From Xylographa opegraphella (taxonomy: Eukaryota): a stretch of 64,000 nt of DNA. The DNA lies in assembly GCA_022813865.1 (NCBI GenBank), contig JALDZX010000066.1, forward strand, positions 1 to 64,000. The letters are read 5' to 3'. The notes beneath the pieces were generated by a model. It was not told the DNA's origin. It saw nothing but the letters and a program-made list of their open reading frames with translations, and ran no database searches. The translations under genes and the position numbers were made by a program. The stretch's first letter is position 1. Each line of letters starts with the position of its first letter. This document shows positions 13,215-27,010 of the stretch, piece by piece.

Positions 13215-13227
13215 TAAGGCTTAGGCT
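13215..13227 (-). promoter_or_regulatory. Tandem AGCCTAA/AGCCTTA, resembling the AGCCCTAA-type ribosomal-protein promoter motif
   Basis: Minus strand reads AGCCTAAGCCTTA ~80 bp upstream of the RPS13 ATG; the match is imperfect. Confidence 0.3.
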
Positions 13228-16200
13228 GGAGCTATGATTAAGCGATGGCCTAGTTCAGGTTTTCTCCATTCAATTTTTCCAGCTTCAAATGAATCCGACA
13301 TTTTGGCAACGATGGCACATGCTCGAGGCTTATTGTCGCAAATTGCTTTCAATTGACTGACTATGAATTTGTGGCAGACTGTGTGGTGATCTATTGAAAC
13401 ACCGTTTGTATGATTACTCCTTGGTAAGTGCTGTTCCATCCTTGACGCGAAGCATTTTGTGCGCCCCTCCGGCTCCACTCTCATGATGAAACATACCTAT
13501 TACACATTTTTCTGGTACCTCTTATGTCAGAGCCTTTACCAGCTCGATGATCTATATGGACTTCTGAAGCTCACCGAGCCACTCCTTCGAGCACCATCGG
13601 CATTTCTGAATTCTCACAGAGCATGTAGGCATTACTGACTATTCTCTGTCAAGGTCTTCCCGTCTTCTCATTCTCATATTTGAAACTGAATGCGGCCCTC
13701 ACATTGGCTGCCGGTATCAGAAACTTACGTAGTTGTACGGAGCACCGGGAATCCTATTGTTCTGCCAGAGCGACGCTCGCAGGATCGTGCCTTTGTGTGC
13801 GACACCGGGTTATAGCTGCAGATTCGTCATCTTACTAGTCGTTTTGAGAACCGCATTAGTGGGATTCAATTCCTATCGATATACCGCCAAGACAGGTGGA
13901 TCAGGTAGGTTCCGCTGCAGCTCGTAATGTTATCGTCGGCTGTAGGTAGCATCGAAATAGAATTGGTTCCACGGAGCTTCTATTGAATCTTTGAATTTGA
14001 CACCCGGACTGCGTGGCATCCTGCATGTGCCCTCCAATGTCCACCGCATCGGTCGGGAATGTACAACGACGGGCATAGCATTCTCGTACTCACTCAAAAG
14101 CCAAAGGCGCAGTGGACGGAAGCTGTTCTCCGGGCGATTGCTACGTCAATGCATGTACTGGTCCTGAGACTCTGATCGCCAGCCAGTGGCTGTGAAGTCG
14201 GCGTCAAGGCCGTGCTTTGCGTCGAGGGTAAGCGGAGAGGCTGGAAGGACCAATTCGAGCGCCGGTCAACATGCAGTTGTGAAGGGGCACGTTGATTGGA
14301 AGTGTCGGCCAGAGCCTATTGCTCCCGCTAGATCCTAACTGAACTCGTTCCTCTCGGCGGGGGATGCCGCCGGCTCCCGACGTTCCTGGGCGCTCCCCAC
14401 GAGTGAAAATAATGGATTACCTTACCCTCTCCCTGGTCCGTCGGCCATCCTGATAGGAGAGTGGGCGCAATTTCGGACGTGAATTACTCCATCACCTAAC
14501 GCGTAATTGGAAATGAAGTCAAACCGATGGCGTGGAATTGCGATTGGATTCAGCTAACATGATTTGCACCTGGATCTCAGCACTAAAGTAGCGCAACCAC
14601 TTTTTGCAGGCTCACGCTAGAAGCATATGCACAGCACCAGTAACAACCGGCATCCTGTTCGCTTGGAGAGCATCTCCAGCCGCGCGAGCTGAAGCGGCAA
14701 AGGCACAGCCAAAGGCATTCCACGGTGGCGCCGATGGATGGCAGCTGCGAGTGATTGTCAGGCCAGACACAAGTGCGGTCGCACAAGGCCATTGGCGCAT
14801 GAGAACAATGGGAAACGCTCTGAATTCAGAAGAGTGCAGATTTCGGGCTGGCTGCGGCCCAGAGAGCTCAAAGTCCCAATAGCCAGGCTCCAACGGTACG
14901 AGGACTGCCTAAGATAGCCTACCTTACCTCTTACTCCGTATTATTGAGGACCATCGTGCGCACTCCCCAACCCGCCCTGCACCGACGGCGGTTCAGTCAT
15001 CGTACATGCGTTCGTGCAGGCGCATGTTGGGGCTGCTGCCCTGTCAAATGAAGGGTACACCGTACCACCCACACCGGTCTTTCGTGCATGAGGCAGCATT
15101 CTTGATATCTATCGCACGTAATCGTGCTTTGAGCAGTCCGGTACGGTATTTCAAACGGTGGTCGGTCGCGTGTGCGTCGGCCCTCGGCCAGGCCCCCGGG
15201 TCAACTTTAACGGAGTCCGGAGTCGTCGTCGCTGGTGTGAGTATTTGTGGCACGCTACTCCGTACTGTCTGGGAAGGCCCCATGGTGCGCCAGCGATAGA
15301 TCAACGGCCGGGATAATCCTTCTTCATCGGCCGACTGAAGCCCCTGTCACCGACCAGGCCGTCTGATTCGCGGGTCCGCCATAGGAAGGGAAGATTGCGG
15401 AGGGTTCACTTTCTCGGCAGGTACGATGAGCTAATGCGCTCGCCCCCTGTCGCACACTTTCTGCCTCCAAAGCGAATCAGCCTGCAACGTCCGTTCGACA
15501 ACCCACCCTCCTCGGCGCTTCTCCACCGTCAGCAGCTACAACGTCGCAGACCTGCCCGTTCTGTTCGGCGAACTTGCCGCTCTGACTGGACCATTGCCTG
15601 CTGGCCGTTCAGGACGCCGCCGCCCTCGCTCGCCCCCCCCCCTTCGAGCCGGTGGTGACCCACTCGAGCCACCATGTCGGCAAATCGTAGGCGCGGCCAT
15701 ACAGCTTCCCTCGTGCCTGCGACACCCTTGCACCGTTCTTTTAGAGCCCGACAGTGCGAGCCTCTATGTCAGTGTCTACGTGCTGGGTCTTCTCACTCGT
15801 CCGATGCAGGCCTGTACCATGCGTCCGACGAAGCTCTGTCGCCCAGGCCTGACTAGGCGATTTCCATGCGTGAGTCCCCCTCCCCATGAGGGTACATCCT
15901 TTGCATATTCCATCATACTCTCTTTCTACACATCGACCAAGCCCGGGAGACATGCGTATCGTCGCTGGGAGGCGCAGAGGACATATCAGCCTCGATTCTG
16001 CCTGACTTATAACACGAGCCCTATGACCTGTTCCCACTCAATCTAATTCCTATCGACGACTGCAGTATCGGCAGATATCCAAGCCTCCACCCTTATCTTA
16101 TCCTCGTACCTCGAAGAACTTCGCAGCGCTGGAAGCATCATTGCGTTGCTCGGATCGTCGGCTGTAACTAATTTGTGGGAGATACGAATACGATAAACTG

Positions 16201-16302
16201 CTTCCCAACAGCAGAATACAGAATCAGGCAACGCACTCACTCGAGAATCGCCCACTGAGGGCCGGCGGGTACAAGAGCAAAGGCACATCTTTCACATAAC
16301 GG

Positions 16303-18480
16303 ATGGCGAACTCAACAGTTGGGCGAGGAGCGTGCCCAGTGCCGTTCTTGCAGCTTTCACACTTCCCTTATAAAGGCGGATGTATGCATACAAGACCTTC
16401 GACTGCCACAATCACGCTGACTTTGACAAAGTTCAGGAAGGTCGACTTTGTGCTTCCATCCCTTCACTGGATGGCATAATATCATGCTGCCTGCCATGCC
16501 CTTCAACAGATTGGGTATATCCAGATAGTGTGTAAACCGTCCCGACACAACCAGCAACTTGAACTGACGGGAGTGATACAGACTTCCAAAAGCTCACCGG
16601 GGTATCCAACTGGCTCAATGTCGGCAGTGTTGTGTGCTGTGTGTTACTTCTACTTTCCTTTATGGTACTTCCGGTTCAAAGAACGCATCGTCATTATCTG
16701 ACAGTCTGTTTGATCACTGGTATTGGGCTCATGTCGGTAGGTTCGCGAGAACGAATATCGTGAACATTTTGCTGATGTAGGTAGCTTGCCTTCATGGTCC
16801 CTCTTGGAAGTAAACCAGACGTCTGTCACGACGCCATTACTCCGAACGATATGCATTCGGATCTATCTTGTGCCTTTTCGGGGTCGCTCCTTACCTTTGG
16901 TGGCTTTGCCGCGGTCATGTGGGGTATGTACAGCATTGCCGCCACCATTCCACAATCGAAGGCTAAATTTGTCCAGTCTTTCTCCGATCACTATCTCTCC
17001 ATCTACAGATATGTTGGCAAATGGTACCTGGGAAGAAATTTGCCATATGTGCTTACCTTGCTGGCTGGGGCGTCCCAGCAATTTCACTGGCACTTTTACT
17101 CACCTTGACCGGCGTCTCATACAGATTCGGGAGCACATGTCATGTCAATCACGATAACAGTATGGCAACATTTTGGGGACCAATGCTCGCGTTCGCGGGA
17201 GCAGCGACCATATTACAATTCTCCACTTTTGGGTACTGCATTCGTGTGTATGTACGATCATTGATCTATCCGGAAGAAACGTCTCAGAACTCATCCAATC
17301 TGCCTTCTTATCAGGGCAGTACGAGGACTGTTACTGCAAGAGCGGCCTATAGAAGAGTGAGGAAGGTCATAGCACTGCAATGGCGCGGGATCATCGTCGT
17401 CCTTCTCATCATCGTGGATGTGGTGTTCTTTGCAGTTATTTTTATCAAGATGGACAATACAACTACTGCTGAGGCCGAGGACGCCAATAATGAGTTACCA
17501 TGGCTCGTATGTCTGATCGCCAATGCGGGAAACAAAAATGCCTGCCTCTCACTGGCTTCCAGCATTGTACTAAGCGAGGCGACAGTGATGGCGGTGCTCA
17601 TTTTACTCTCGGTATGTTGCTTGTTATTGTCTCAAGGTTTGAAGCGTTTACTGATATATTGCAGCTCAATGGTTACTGGAGTGTAATGTTTCTGGGTCGG
17701 TGGTCGATGGTTCAAGGCTGGGTTGAGCTTATTCAACGGCCGTTCAGAAACTCTCATGATTTCGTATCGGTGGATGCGCGCAGACTATCAGACCCGCGCA
17801 ATTACGAAATGCTTACTTCTCCACCAAAGGCGGCGTACTTGCCCAAGAGTTTCGACGACTTTTCGACAAGCCCCGAGGTGGAGGATCTCTCACCGAGGGT
17901 TTGGTCGCCACAGCTCCAGCAGAGTAATGGGTATTTCGGAAAGGAAGCTGCCTACCGAAGTCCGTCTTTGAGCTTCTCCACCCCGAAGCCGCCAAGCAGA
18001 CCCGGAAGTGATGCACGGATTGGCTCACCCCAAGGAAGGGTTCAGATGGCACCCACTTGGGAGAAGCAAGCAGTCGCGCCACCTCCTCCAATCTTGGAGC
18101 GTACAGAGTCGAGTGCGGGAAATACTCGGTTAGGTTCTGCACTTGGAGCAGACCGATCAACATCGGCTTTGGGAAGAGAGCAATCTGGATCGGTACCCGG
18201 ACGGGAGAGGTCAGAATCGACTCAAGCGGCTGATCGGTCAGGCTCGGCATTGGGGCGAGATTGGGATCGGCGAAGCCTTCATCAACGAGAAAGGACCAGT
18301 CCTACACCTCGGAGATCCAATTCGGCTCTTGGCAAAGGGGACTGGGATCCGATTGCGACGTATGCTCGAGGTGGTATTAGGATGAGTCCGGATCATACCA
18401 ACCCTGGGACTGGATGTCAGTGGGATTCCACCAGCTCCTATGCAAGAGGAGGCATAGATCAGAGCGGGAGACCGGCTTGA
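16303..18480 (+). CDS. gprM: Fungal 7TM GPCR, GprM/GprN (class VII) type; six exons
   Basis: Spliced product MANSTVGRGACPVPFL..GG|FQEGRLC..SCCLPCPSTDWVYPD|NF..LSFMVLPVQRTHRHYL..CHDAITPNDMHSDLSCAFSG..VFLRSLSLHLQICWQ..SYRFGSTCHVNH..LQWRGI. Introns 16382-16431, 16528-16581, 16737-16784, 16924-16976, 17612-17664. Confidence 0.85.
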
Positions 18481-18732
18481 CACGGTCCGTATTGACGCTC
18501 TTTGTACCATTTTTGGGCATTTTTGGGGCAATCATGGCCCAGCTTTTCGGTTAGAGCGAATCATAGCGCTGGCGAGGGGGAAAAGGGTATCAGGGTGTAA
18601 ACATTGTCAATTGGACTGGGCAGGAGTGCCAACCCGGTGTATTTGGGAATTGTATTGGAGGCTTCATTGGCCGCCGGTACGCGCATAGCTGGCTAAGGCA
18701 GAAGAAGGCATAGCATTCATTTCTTGTCATAT

Positions 18733-18776
18733 ATTTTGGTGGAAATCGAATTTTGTGGAATCAAATTTTGTGGAAG
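18733..18776. repeat. Degenerate ~15-17-bp tandem repeat ATTTTG(G)TGGAA(A)TC(G/A)A x3 downstream of the GPCR
   Basis: Read directly: attttggtggaaatcga attttgtggaatcaa attttgtggaag. Confidence 0.7.
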
Positions 18777-21700
18777 TTTGTCCCACCAGTCGCATTGCTC
18801 TGCACACCACCCACTACAGAATAGATGGGAGCAATCCCTCTCGATACGAGATTGAATCAACACGCATCTTATTGAATATCTTGAAATCTAATACGAACTT
18901 CACGATACGAATCAACTTATCATAGGACCTTTGCCGGAGATGGAGCCATGCCGTAAATTCTTTGCCACTACCAGGCATTGTTCGTGGCACCGGAAGTCGT
19001 CGAGAGAATAATCTCCGCCAATCTGGTTCTGGACAAAACCAGCACGTGTTGGGGGTTTCCCAGCAGTGAGATCCTGGGACGTCACCGTGCACTTCGACGC
19101 CTACCTTCTCATCTCCGTGGTCATGCATTTATGCTGGGAGCGGATATGTCAATGCTCCACGTGAACGAGGGTGTGGTATCTCTTGCTTTCGCGTGAGCCT
19201 ATCTGGGGAAGTGCGCCCTACACGTCGCAAGATTGACCATGGAGGATTGGATAAAGGATGCTTCATCATTCGGAACCGCGTCGTTAGATGAATGAGAGGT
19301 TTTTGTCCTCATTCTGCCTGAATCTTGGGGCAGACTCGATCATGACTGCGCCGCTCAAATGCGGTCGATCAGAATCTCCCCGTCTCCACCATGCTTGGTT
19401 CCGCTGTTAAGCTCTTTCATATGGACAGTGCCTCGTGCACTGTCGTGAAATCAGCAGCGACGTCCGGCGAGTGCTGGAAGTAGTGGTGCCTAATCGTCGG
19501 CAAGTTTGTATATTTACTACGACTTTCATTTTCGAGACTGCCTTTTTACTCGTCGCTGGTAGCCAATTTCCGTCAAATTCTACACCATTCACTTGTACTA
19601 CTTGGAATGCATGGAGTCATATACCTTACCGCTCGTTGCGTGCGGAATTGAGGCAACAATGTATGCAGGCATTCACACGCAATGGACACATACGTCAACC
19701 ATCAATGTGTCAAATTTTACACACCTCAAAGCAGGCTCTCGGAAAAATCAGCAATATCGGAGGCATCAATTACGATATGACTGTGCATAACACCAACCAT
19801 TGGAGCGGACACACTATCTGCTACGAATGAAGAGAGGGCTGAGATTTCTATGATAGCCTATCCACAGAACGCCTAAGGAACAGTTTAGTCAGCCACCACC
19901 TTCAAGACATCATCGACTCGCAGCTCCGTCCGTGCGACCAGCTGACGACGCATATAACTCGCCTCTGCGGTCACAGCAGATCCTGCTTTCGGAGGACCGG
20001 ATACGTTCAGGACCTTCTCGGAAGCCCTAAGCTCCTTTTCGAGATCCCCAGAACCCAAGTACGTCTCAACAGACGACCCGGGTCTTCGTCGCGTTTCCAT
20101 TCCCACCATCATCCCAGCTCTCACGCCGTTCTCCGGGTCATATAAGTCCCCAAGGGGGTCAGATCGATGTTCTCCCGCAGTCTAGATGTTAGCCGCGCGA
20201 AAGCCGCTTGCAGCCATGATCCCCTTCCCAGAACAAAACTCAAACGCCCTGACCTCGCCGTCAACGTACGGACGGACGGCCATCATTTGGCGAGGATATA
20301 CGCATCAAAGCGGATCTACACGATTGCACCTTAGCGTTCCAACGGAATGCCATGACTTTCGCATGGATCAACTGGCAGGGACTAGCCTCGTATGCGTGTT
20401 TGCACTAGCTCCGAACGTTTTGGAACGATCGGTGGCGCTAGCCCGTTTCATGGGGAGAGCTCCGAGATATGGAGAGGGGGCATATGACATAGGTATGGGA
20501 CCCGATTACGCTCCTCGGCTCATGTTGCAAGTGCTTATGCACCTCGAATTGGTGGTGAATGCGGCGATAAGGAGAGGCTCGAAATGGTATCAGCTCGTGT
20601 GCGGTATACCTCAATACGTGCGTACCTCCACCCAACCAATGTCTGCCTCTCTACGAGCGAGTGACAAAACAGTTTGGATGCAACACATCTGAATCGGCAA
20701 ATCTCCACCAATGGCGCCAAAAGACAGTTTCTAACCCTACAACGTATTTTCTATACATTCTGTACAGTTTCCAAGAAACTCTTGCCACTCTGGCCCCGCT
20801 CGGACCAACAACTCCAGATTCAGATACACAGTCAGAGACGGACCGACCCGAGGTCCACTGCACGAGTCACACGCCGCCCCGCGGCCTCCGAGAGCTCTCT
20901 ACCATGGTCCATCATTCCTTATCTATTCCCATTCCCTGGCTCTGAGGCCCACGCGTCTCACAATGCCCGCCTTGATCTACTATGCATTGCATCCGCTCCC
21001 GCCTTCCTCGGCTCGGCGTGGGCTAGCGCCCTCGACTGCGTGTTGTCGATCGGCCTCGTTCCTCCAGGACCGTCATCCTTATCAGTGCTCTGTAGCGCGC
21101 AGTCTTTGCGGCCGCTTATCCTAGACACTGAGGCTCGACGAACGACGGAGGGATGAAACCACGACGTCCGGAGCACGCCTTTGGCGGTCTCAGCATGCAG
21201 CACCAGTCGGTGTCTGCGCGGGCTCTACCCTGCTGTGAGGCCAGCTCGGAGGCCTCGAACGCCCGTGGTTGCATGCTGCGGGGGCGAACCATATCCCCGT
21301 CGCAGTGTGATGGGGAAGTGAATACCGATGCAGAGATCGGACGGTCGGGCACGGTGCGTCAGTCAGGCGAGCATTATCATACAAGTGTGTAATGCAACAT
21401 GTTTCACAATCCGGACACGTCGCGCTGAAACCGAGCGACCAGCTTGTTGGATGTTTCGTTTCGTTGATGTTGCAAATGGGCGCTAGTGACTTTAAGCGAG
21501 GAGCACGAAAGCACGTGATTTGGGCTGGATTTGATAAGGGTTATACCCTAAGCGTTTATCCTGGTCATGGGTCTCCGCTTGGCGTCTGTGGCCCATACAC
21601 ACCATCTACGGGGGCGGCTCACGCCTGAGCATAATCTCTTAACCGGGTAGCTCAACATCGACATACATTCTACATCTCAAAATTAAGACATCAACTGGCG

Positions 21701-24406
21701 AGAATCATGGTCGTCCATCGAACCAGAAAGTACTTGATCGCTCAGAAACTGAAAAGGTGAACAAGCTTCCTTGACATAATGGAACGTTCAGGTGGTACAT
21801 CCCAGCCAAAAGACGTCGAGTACAGTGTAGCTGAGAAGCACTTGCTATCACCGCTAATCCCTCTTCGCAACACACTCTTGGGGCAGAAACGAGTCTACGC
21901 TGCTTGCATCCGATCCGACGCAACCTGATCGCGCACATTCACTGTCCTGGTCCACTCATGTCATTGCTGGTACCTGTGCATAGGTCGCCATCGCAATCGA
22001 GTGATTCCAGCGACCCGCTTGAACGAACTTATAGCTTCTCGGTATGTTATAGCATCGCGGCCTGCTTGCATCAAGTATGAAGCCTCACGCATACATCCAT
22101 TGTTCCGATCATCTCCCCGAGTCTCTTCTCTCCCTATCCCCGATGACTGGCACTATGATGCCTCTGAGAACCTATAATTCATAGGAGGTCCCTAGCTTTC
22201 TTTCTTCACCCTGGTTATTTGTCTTGAGTCCACCGCGCATCTAAGGCTGTTATTTGCCATTCTTGATCGGGAAGCGGAGCAGAGCCACTCTTGCGGAAGT
22301 GGTCGGAGAGCAGGAAGGCGCAGAAAGCGAGTACCAAGAAACACTATAGAGTAACTTAGTGCCCAGGCTCTGTACCTAAAAGCCTAGAATACGGTAGGCC
22401 TCTAGGTTTCAGCATTAGCTGTTTTCATTTGTCTCGAGTATCAGATCTTCGCCTACTGCCGGGATTTCACCATTTCGCACAAAGTCCTCTGACAGCTGAA
22501 GCGACCGAGGGATTTCGCCCGAGATAGCTTGAACAGGAGAGGTCCAGACCGCAGTCTTGATTTATTCTTTATTTTCCTTCTTTTCTGACCAGGTTGACTA
22601 ATCGTATGCTTCTTACCGGTTTTAATCCAAACCCAGCTTGCTCGATTTTCCGCATTATTCTGACGGTGATTGTCGCAATGGTGAAAGTAGGAATGAATGA
22701 ATCTCGCTGCCAGCGTTGTGTTTCATTGACCGCTTGAGAGTGAGCAATGTGTGGATCTCATGTTTCCGTCTATGATCTTTTCTTTACTCGGTTCGGAGAA
22801 TGCTCGTCGCATGGTGTCTGCCGCTTCGTGTAAACGCCTTCATGCTCCAAGTGACACCTTGAATGGCCTGCGTCAAGGATAGTTGCCAACGGCGGAGGTT
22901 GAAGAGCCCGAACTATATGGGATTAATTCTCATGATAATGTTTGGTTTTTGTGTCAGCGAAGATGCTACCATCCCATGCGAGACAAAGAGTTGAGGAGGC
23001 AGGTCTAGGGAGGCAGATCCAAGGAAGCAGAAAAAAGAAGTAGGTGGCTGCGGATCTAGATTTATCGAACCCACTCTCCACGTCTTGTTGTCAAAACACG
23101 CTGACGCCTTTTCTCTCCGTCGCGCTATTACACAATGAGTACTTGGGCGACTAAATGTCAGCTGAGCATGTGCAAACTGTAGGTGACAATGTTCTATAGT
23201 ATCATTCATCACACATATACTGACAAAGCTCCAGCAATGTCAGACTGCCGCAGCAGAAAGAGGCAAATGAAAAGTCGTATAGCGTGTACTATACACAGTG
23301 ATGTAAAGAAGACACCGGCAGCTCAAAGTGACGAACAATCTTGGCGTAATTGTTCTCTTATGCTCTTGCCTTGCAGTGGCTACGCGCTTTCTTTAGTGGG
23401 TATCTGTGGCAAAAGACCCGACACTTACGGACGCGAGATCTCAAAAGTGTTTGTTACCTACCTCCCTACCTATGTGGGGAACGAGGTCGAGTCTGGGCTC
23501 TGGGCCACGGCTTACAGCGCTAGCAGGGAACGAAAACCTTGAGCGCTACCTAGCGAGTATTTACGGAGTATTTCCCTTCCGTTCTTGGTTTTTCCCCTCA
23601 GTCTTTGATTCTCGTGTCCAAATACAGCTCGTTTTGACCAGCTCTCGACTCGATGCTTATGCGACCATATACGTTAAGCAAGACATACAGGACCCAGGAA
23701 TCAAAACCGGGCACCGCTCACCATCGGTCAGCACGGCATTCCTCGCTTGGCAGCACGGCCAAACGGAGATGTGCCAAGTAAAAGTATGAAGCATAATTTG
23801 CAAGCTTTGGATCCGCGCCTCGCGTTAAACAAGCGTCAACCGTCGGGCAGCCACGATCTAACGGCAGTTGGAGAAGCTGGTGCTTAGATCCTTCCTGAAC
23901 GAGACATCAGCCCTTGCGGGAAGACCCTAAGAAGCTTTCTTCAGCCTTCACGCGCTACCGCTACTTCGGTCAACCTGGAAAGTGCGTCTCGGCATCAGGG
24001 TTCGGCTGTCGCTACAGAGGACTTATCCACAGTACGCTGTAGCTACCAGGTAGCTCATTGATTTGCACCATAACCGACATCAGCGACACAGCTTTTCATT
24101 GGCTTGCCGTCATCTTTGCAATGTCCTCGGGTCGAAGATCCTGGCCGGCCAACGTGCTTAGCAGCTTCAATCCTCGATATGGTACGACCTAGAATTGCTA
24201 AAGACATACAGAGGCGCTCCAGGGCCAGCTGAAGCGTCGATAGCAATGAGTCTATCTGAAGTAGCGTGTTCTACCCAGGTCTGGATCGACCGTACGGTCA
24301 ACACGAGTCTTTACGCTTTAGAAAAGCTTTCCTCTCCGTCGTCAGATTTAAGGAATCCGACCACCTCGAGCCTCTCAACATCCATCTCGTTACTTCTTGT
24401 GGCAAA

Positions 24407-25551
24407 ATGAAGACCTCTTTCGCATGTCTCGCCTTCCTGCAGTGGATTTCCTCGTGCGTGGCCGCCTCATGTAATGCTGTATGTATCTCCCCAATCCCTG
24501 AACGGGTAATCAAGTACTGAGGGCTTTCTGATAGGACAACTGTGCCCGGGCTGTCACGGGCACAACCAACGGCCTTGCTGTCCAATCGTCCCACAAGCAG
24601 GATTGTTCCTCCTTTTTCGCGGTCACGGTCACTCCTGCAACCTCAACGATCACTCAGACCGCAACGGTCACTCCGGCGACGGTGACCCAGACCGTGATCG
24701 GCAGCACCGTCACCCAAACCGTGGTTGCCACTCTGAGCGAGACCACCACCGCTGCCACCGTTGAGGTCACAGCCGCAACCGTCACGGACATTTTAACCGT
24801 CACCGTCTCCACGGCGTTGGTGACCGCAACGGTCTCGACGGTCGTGGTAACGGCAGGAGCACCTGTTGTCACACTCAAAGTCCGAGACGGATCCGAACAG
24901 CGGATCGCTCCCCGTGCCGTCACCGTATCCCCCAGCTCCGTCCCCACCTACGCTTCCGCCTGCTCGGGAACCGTGCGCTACTCCAGCGCCTGTTCCTGCT
25001 TCGGCGTCACCCACTCGACCTCCACCGCGCCCACCCCCAGCACCACCGTCACCGTCACAGCCACGGCAACCGCGACCGCGACCTCAGTCGTGACCACCAC
25101 GGCCACTCTGGACGTCACCACCACCGTCATCGCCAGCCTCACGCTGACGGACCTCGTCACCGCGACCGCGGTGCTCACGGACCCCGTCGTCGCCACCTTG
25201 ACCGACTTCATCACCTTGACGACGACCAGCATCCCGCTGCCCGCCCCGTGCGGCGGCGTCACCGCCGGCGGCGGCAGCTGCGGCTGCGAGTACACGGTCG
25301 AGTGCGGCGTGCAGTTCGTCGACAACGGCAGCGGCACCGACGTCTCCACCACCAGCTCCTTCGCCCAGTGCTTGCAGGTCTGCGACAACAACTTCCAGTG
25401 CGCGGCCCTCACCTACAACAGCGCCACGGGACAATGCGTCCAGCTGAAGGGCGACTACAGCACTGTGCCGAACCCGGGCTATTATTCCGGGCCGGTCACC
25501 CCGGGTACTTGTAGAGGTGTTTGCTCCCAGGACTATAAGCTGCGCAGGTGA
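24407..25551 (+). CDS. Secreted Thr/Val-rich, Cys-containing protein with a C-terminal PAN/Apple-like domain; exons 24407-24478 and 24535-25551
   Basis: Signal peptide MKTSFACLAFLQWISSCVAA. Intron 24479-24534 joins CNA|DNCARAV..DCSSFF, followed by TVT repeats, PTYASACSGTVRYSSACSCFG, and C-terminal YTVECG..SFAQCLQVCDNNFQCAALTY..QCVQLK. Confidence 0.85.
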
Positions 25552-27010
25552 TGGAAGGCTGGGTGTAGTTACCGTCTGGACTGTGAGACTCAACTCCAAC
25601 GGGTTGAGCCTGCTTTTTTTCCTGCTTTTGGCGTCCTAGCACGAGTAAGGGCAGGGGGGGAGGGGCAGGGAGGTGTTTCCGTTCGGAGCTTCGACTTCAG
25701 TCCCGAGGAGGGAAGCATCTTCTAACGAGCGCCATTTCCCCAGCAATTCATTTCACATATCACCGTGTATATAGATCGATATCAACAAACTCAAATACAA
25801 ACATAATCTCCACTGCCGAGCGTCCCAAACCCCTAACAGAACCCCCCCCCCCCCTAAACGCTCGAGGGCAGTCCCCCCTTCTGCACCTTTATTCGAGCAC
25901 CCAATGCGGGCTCCACCACAGAGATCGTCGGCGCCCGGCGGGCAAGATGAACCACATCCCTCCACCATCCATCCATCCACGTCCCGGCGGCGTCATGCTC
26001 CGAGTGCTCGTCCGGCGCGGCACGCTGTAACACCCCCGCCTGCCCGTCGCGGATCCTTCCTCCTCCCGCCATCGCCATCGCATCGCTCCTTTTGCCCGCC
26101 TCTCCGTGAACGGCTGCGATCGCGCATGCGCAGCTGGTGAGGGGCCGGTTTGCGCGCGCTGCGGAAGGGTGAGATGGAGCGATGGGAGGGGAGGGAGGCT
26201 GCCGATATGGGCTGGCATTCGCCAGGGGGGTGGGTGATGCGGAGAGAGAAGCGGTGGCCGTGGCGGGACGTGTGGCTGGATAATGGGGCGGAGCCATGGG
26301 GGCGGGGAGGGGCAGGATGGGGGGTGCTTGAGAGCGTTAAAAGAGGGTCTACAACGCAAAATAATCATAATAATAATTGTATGTGGGAGGACTGTATACG
26401 GTTCGATATAAGCACACAGAACGCGCAGCTAAATGGCCATAGCTTAGAGATAAAATATCCCGAGAATGAAAACGAGAGGTCTTGAAAGGATAAAATGGAA
26501 AAGCGCGATTCAGGATATCAGAAGAGATATGTTTGTAAAGGTTGTATTATTCTAAATTGCTTTCCACATCTGTTACCCCTTTTTCACACCCTCGCTGAGG
26601 AGACTTCCTCCTCTATTTGAGGGGCCGATACCAAGCTTTCCCCAAGCGCATTGATATGCTATCGATGTCAGGTACTCCTCCATCCTACGTCCTAGCCGTT
26701 GTTGCTTAGCCAGTGACAGTCCTCGTCCCGAGATTGTAGGAAACAAAAGAGCGTAGGTACAAGTCTGAGCGTACGAATATCCGGCAAGCTTCTACCTTGA
26801 GCATGCCGAACAACCATAGCGCTCGCGTGGTGATTGGTATGTACAAAAGAAACATTAGGTGGTGGGATTATTTTTTTTGGCCCGTGCGACTCGTGCTTCT
26901 AGCACCCTCCTTCTCGCCCCCAAACGCCGACGCTGAAAATGCATCTTCGACAGTGCAGTTACAATGGGTATCATATTCGTTCCGCTCACTCGCGATGCCA
27001 GTCAATATTC

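Noticed and set aside
13200..16300. Several 60-150 aa ORFs upstream of gprM
   Set aside because: No motifs or consistent splice models; more likely a long promoter and 5' leader.
22075..22170. Possible C/D-box snoRNA (TGATG..CTGA)
   Set aside because: No proper RTGATGA C box at a suitable distance, no terminal stem, and no rRNA guide that I can recognise.
23040..23110. GGTTCGA on the minus strand suggesting a tRNA T-loop
   Set aside because: No T-stem or cloverleaf can be formed.
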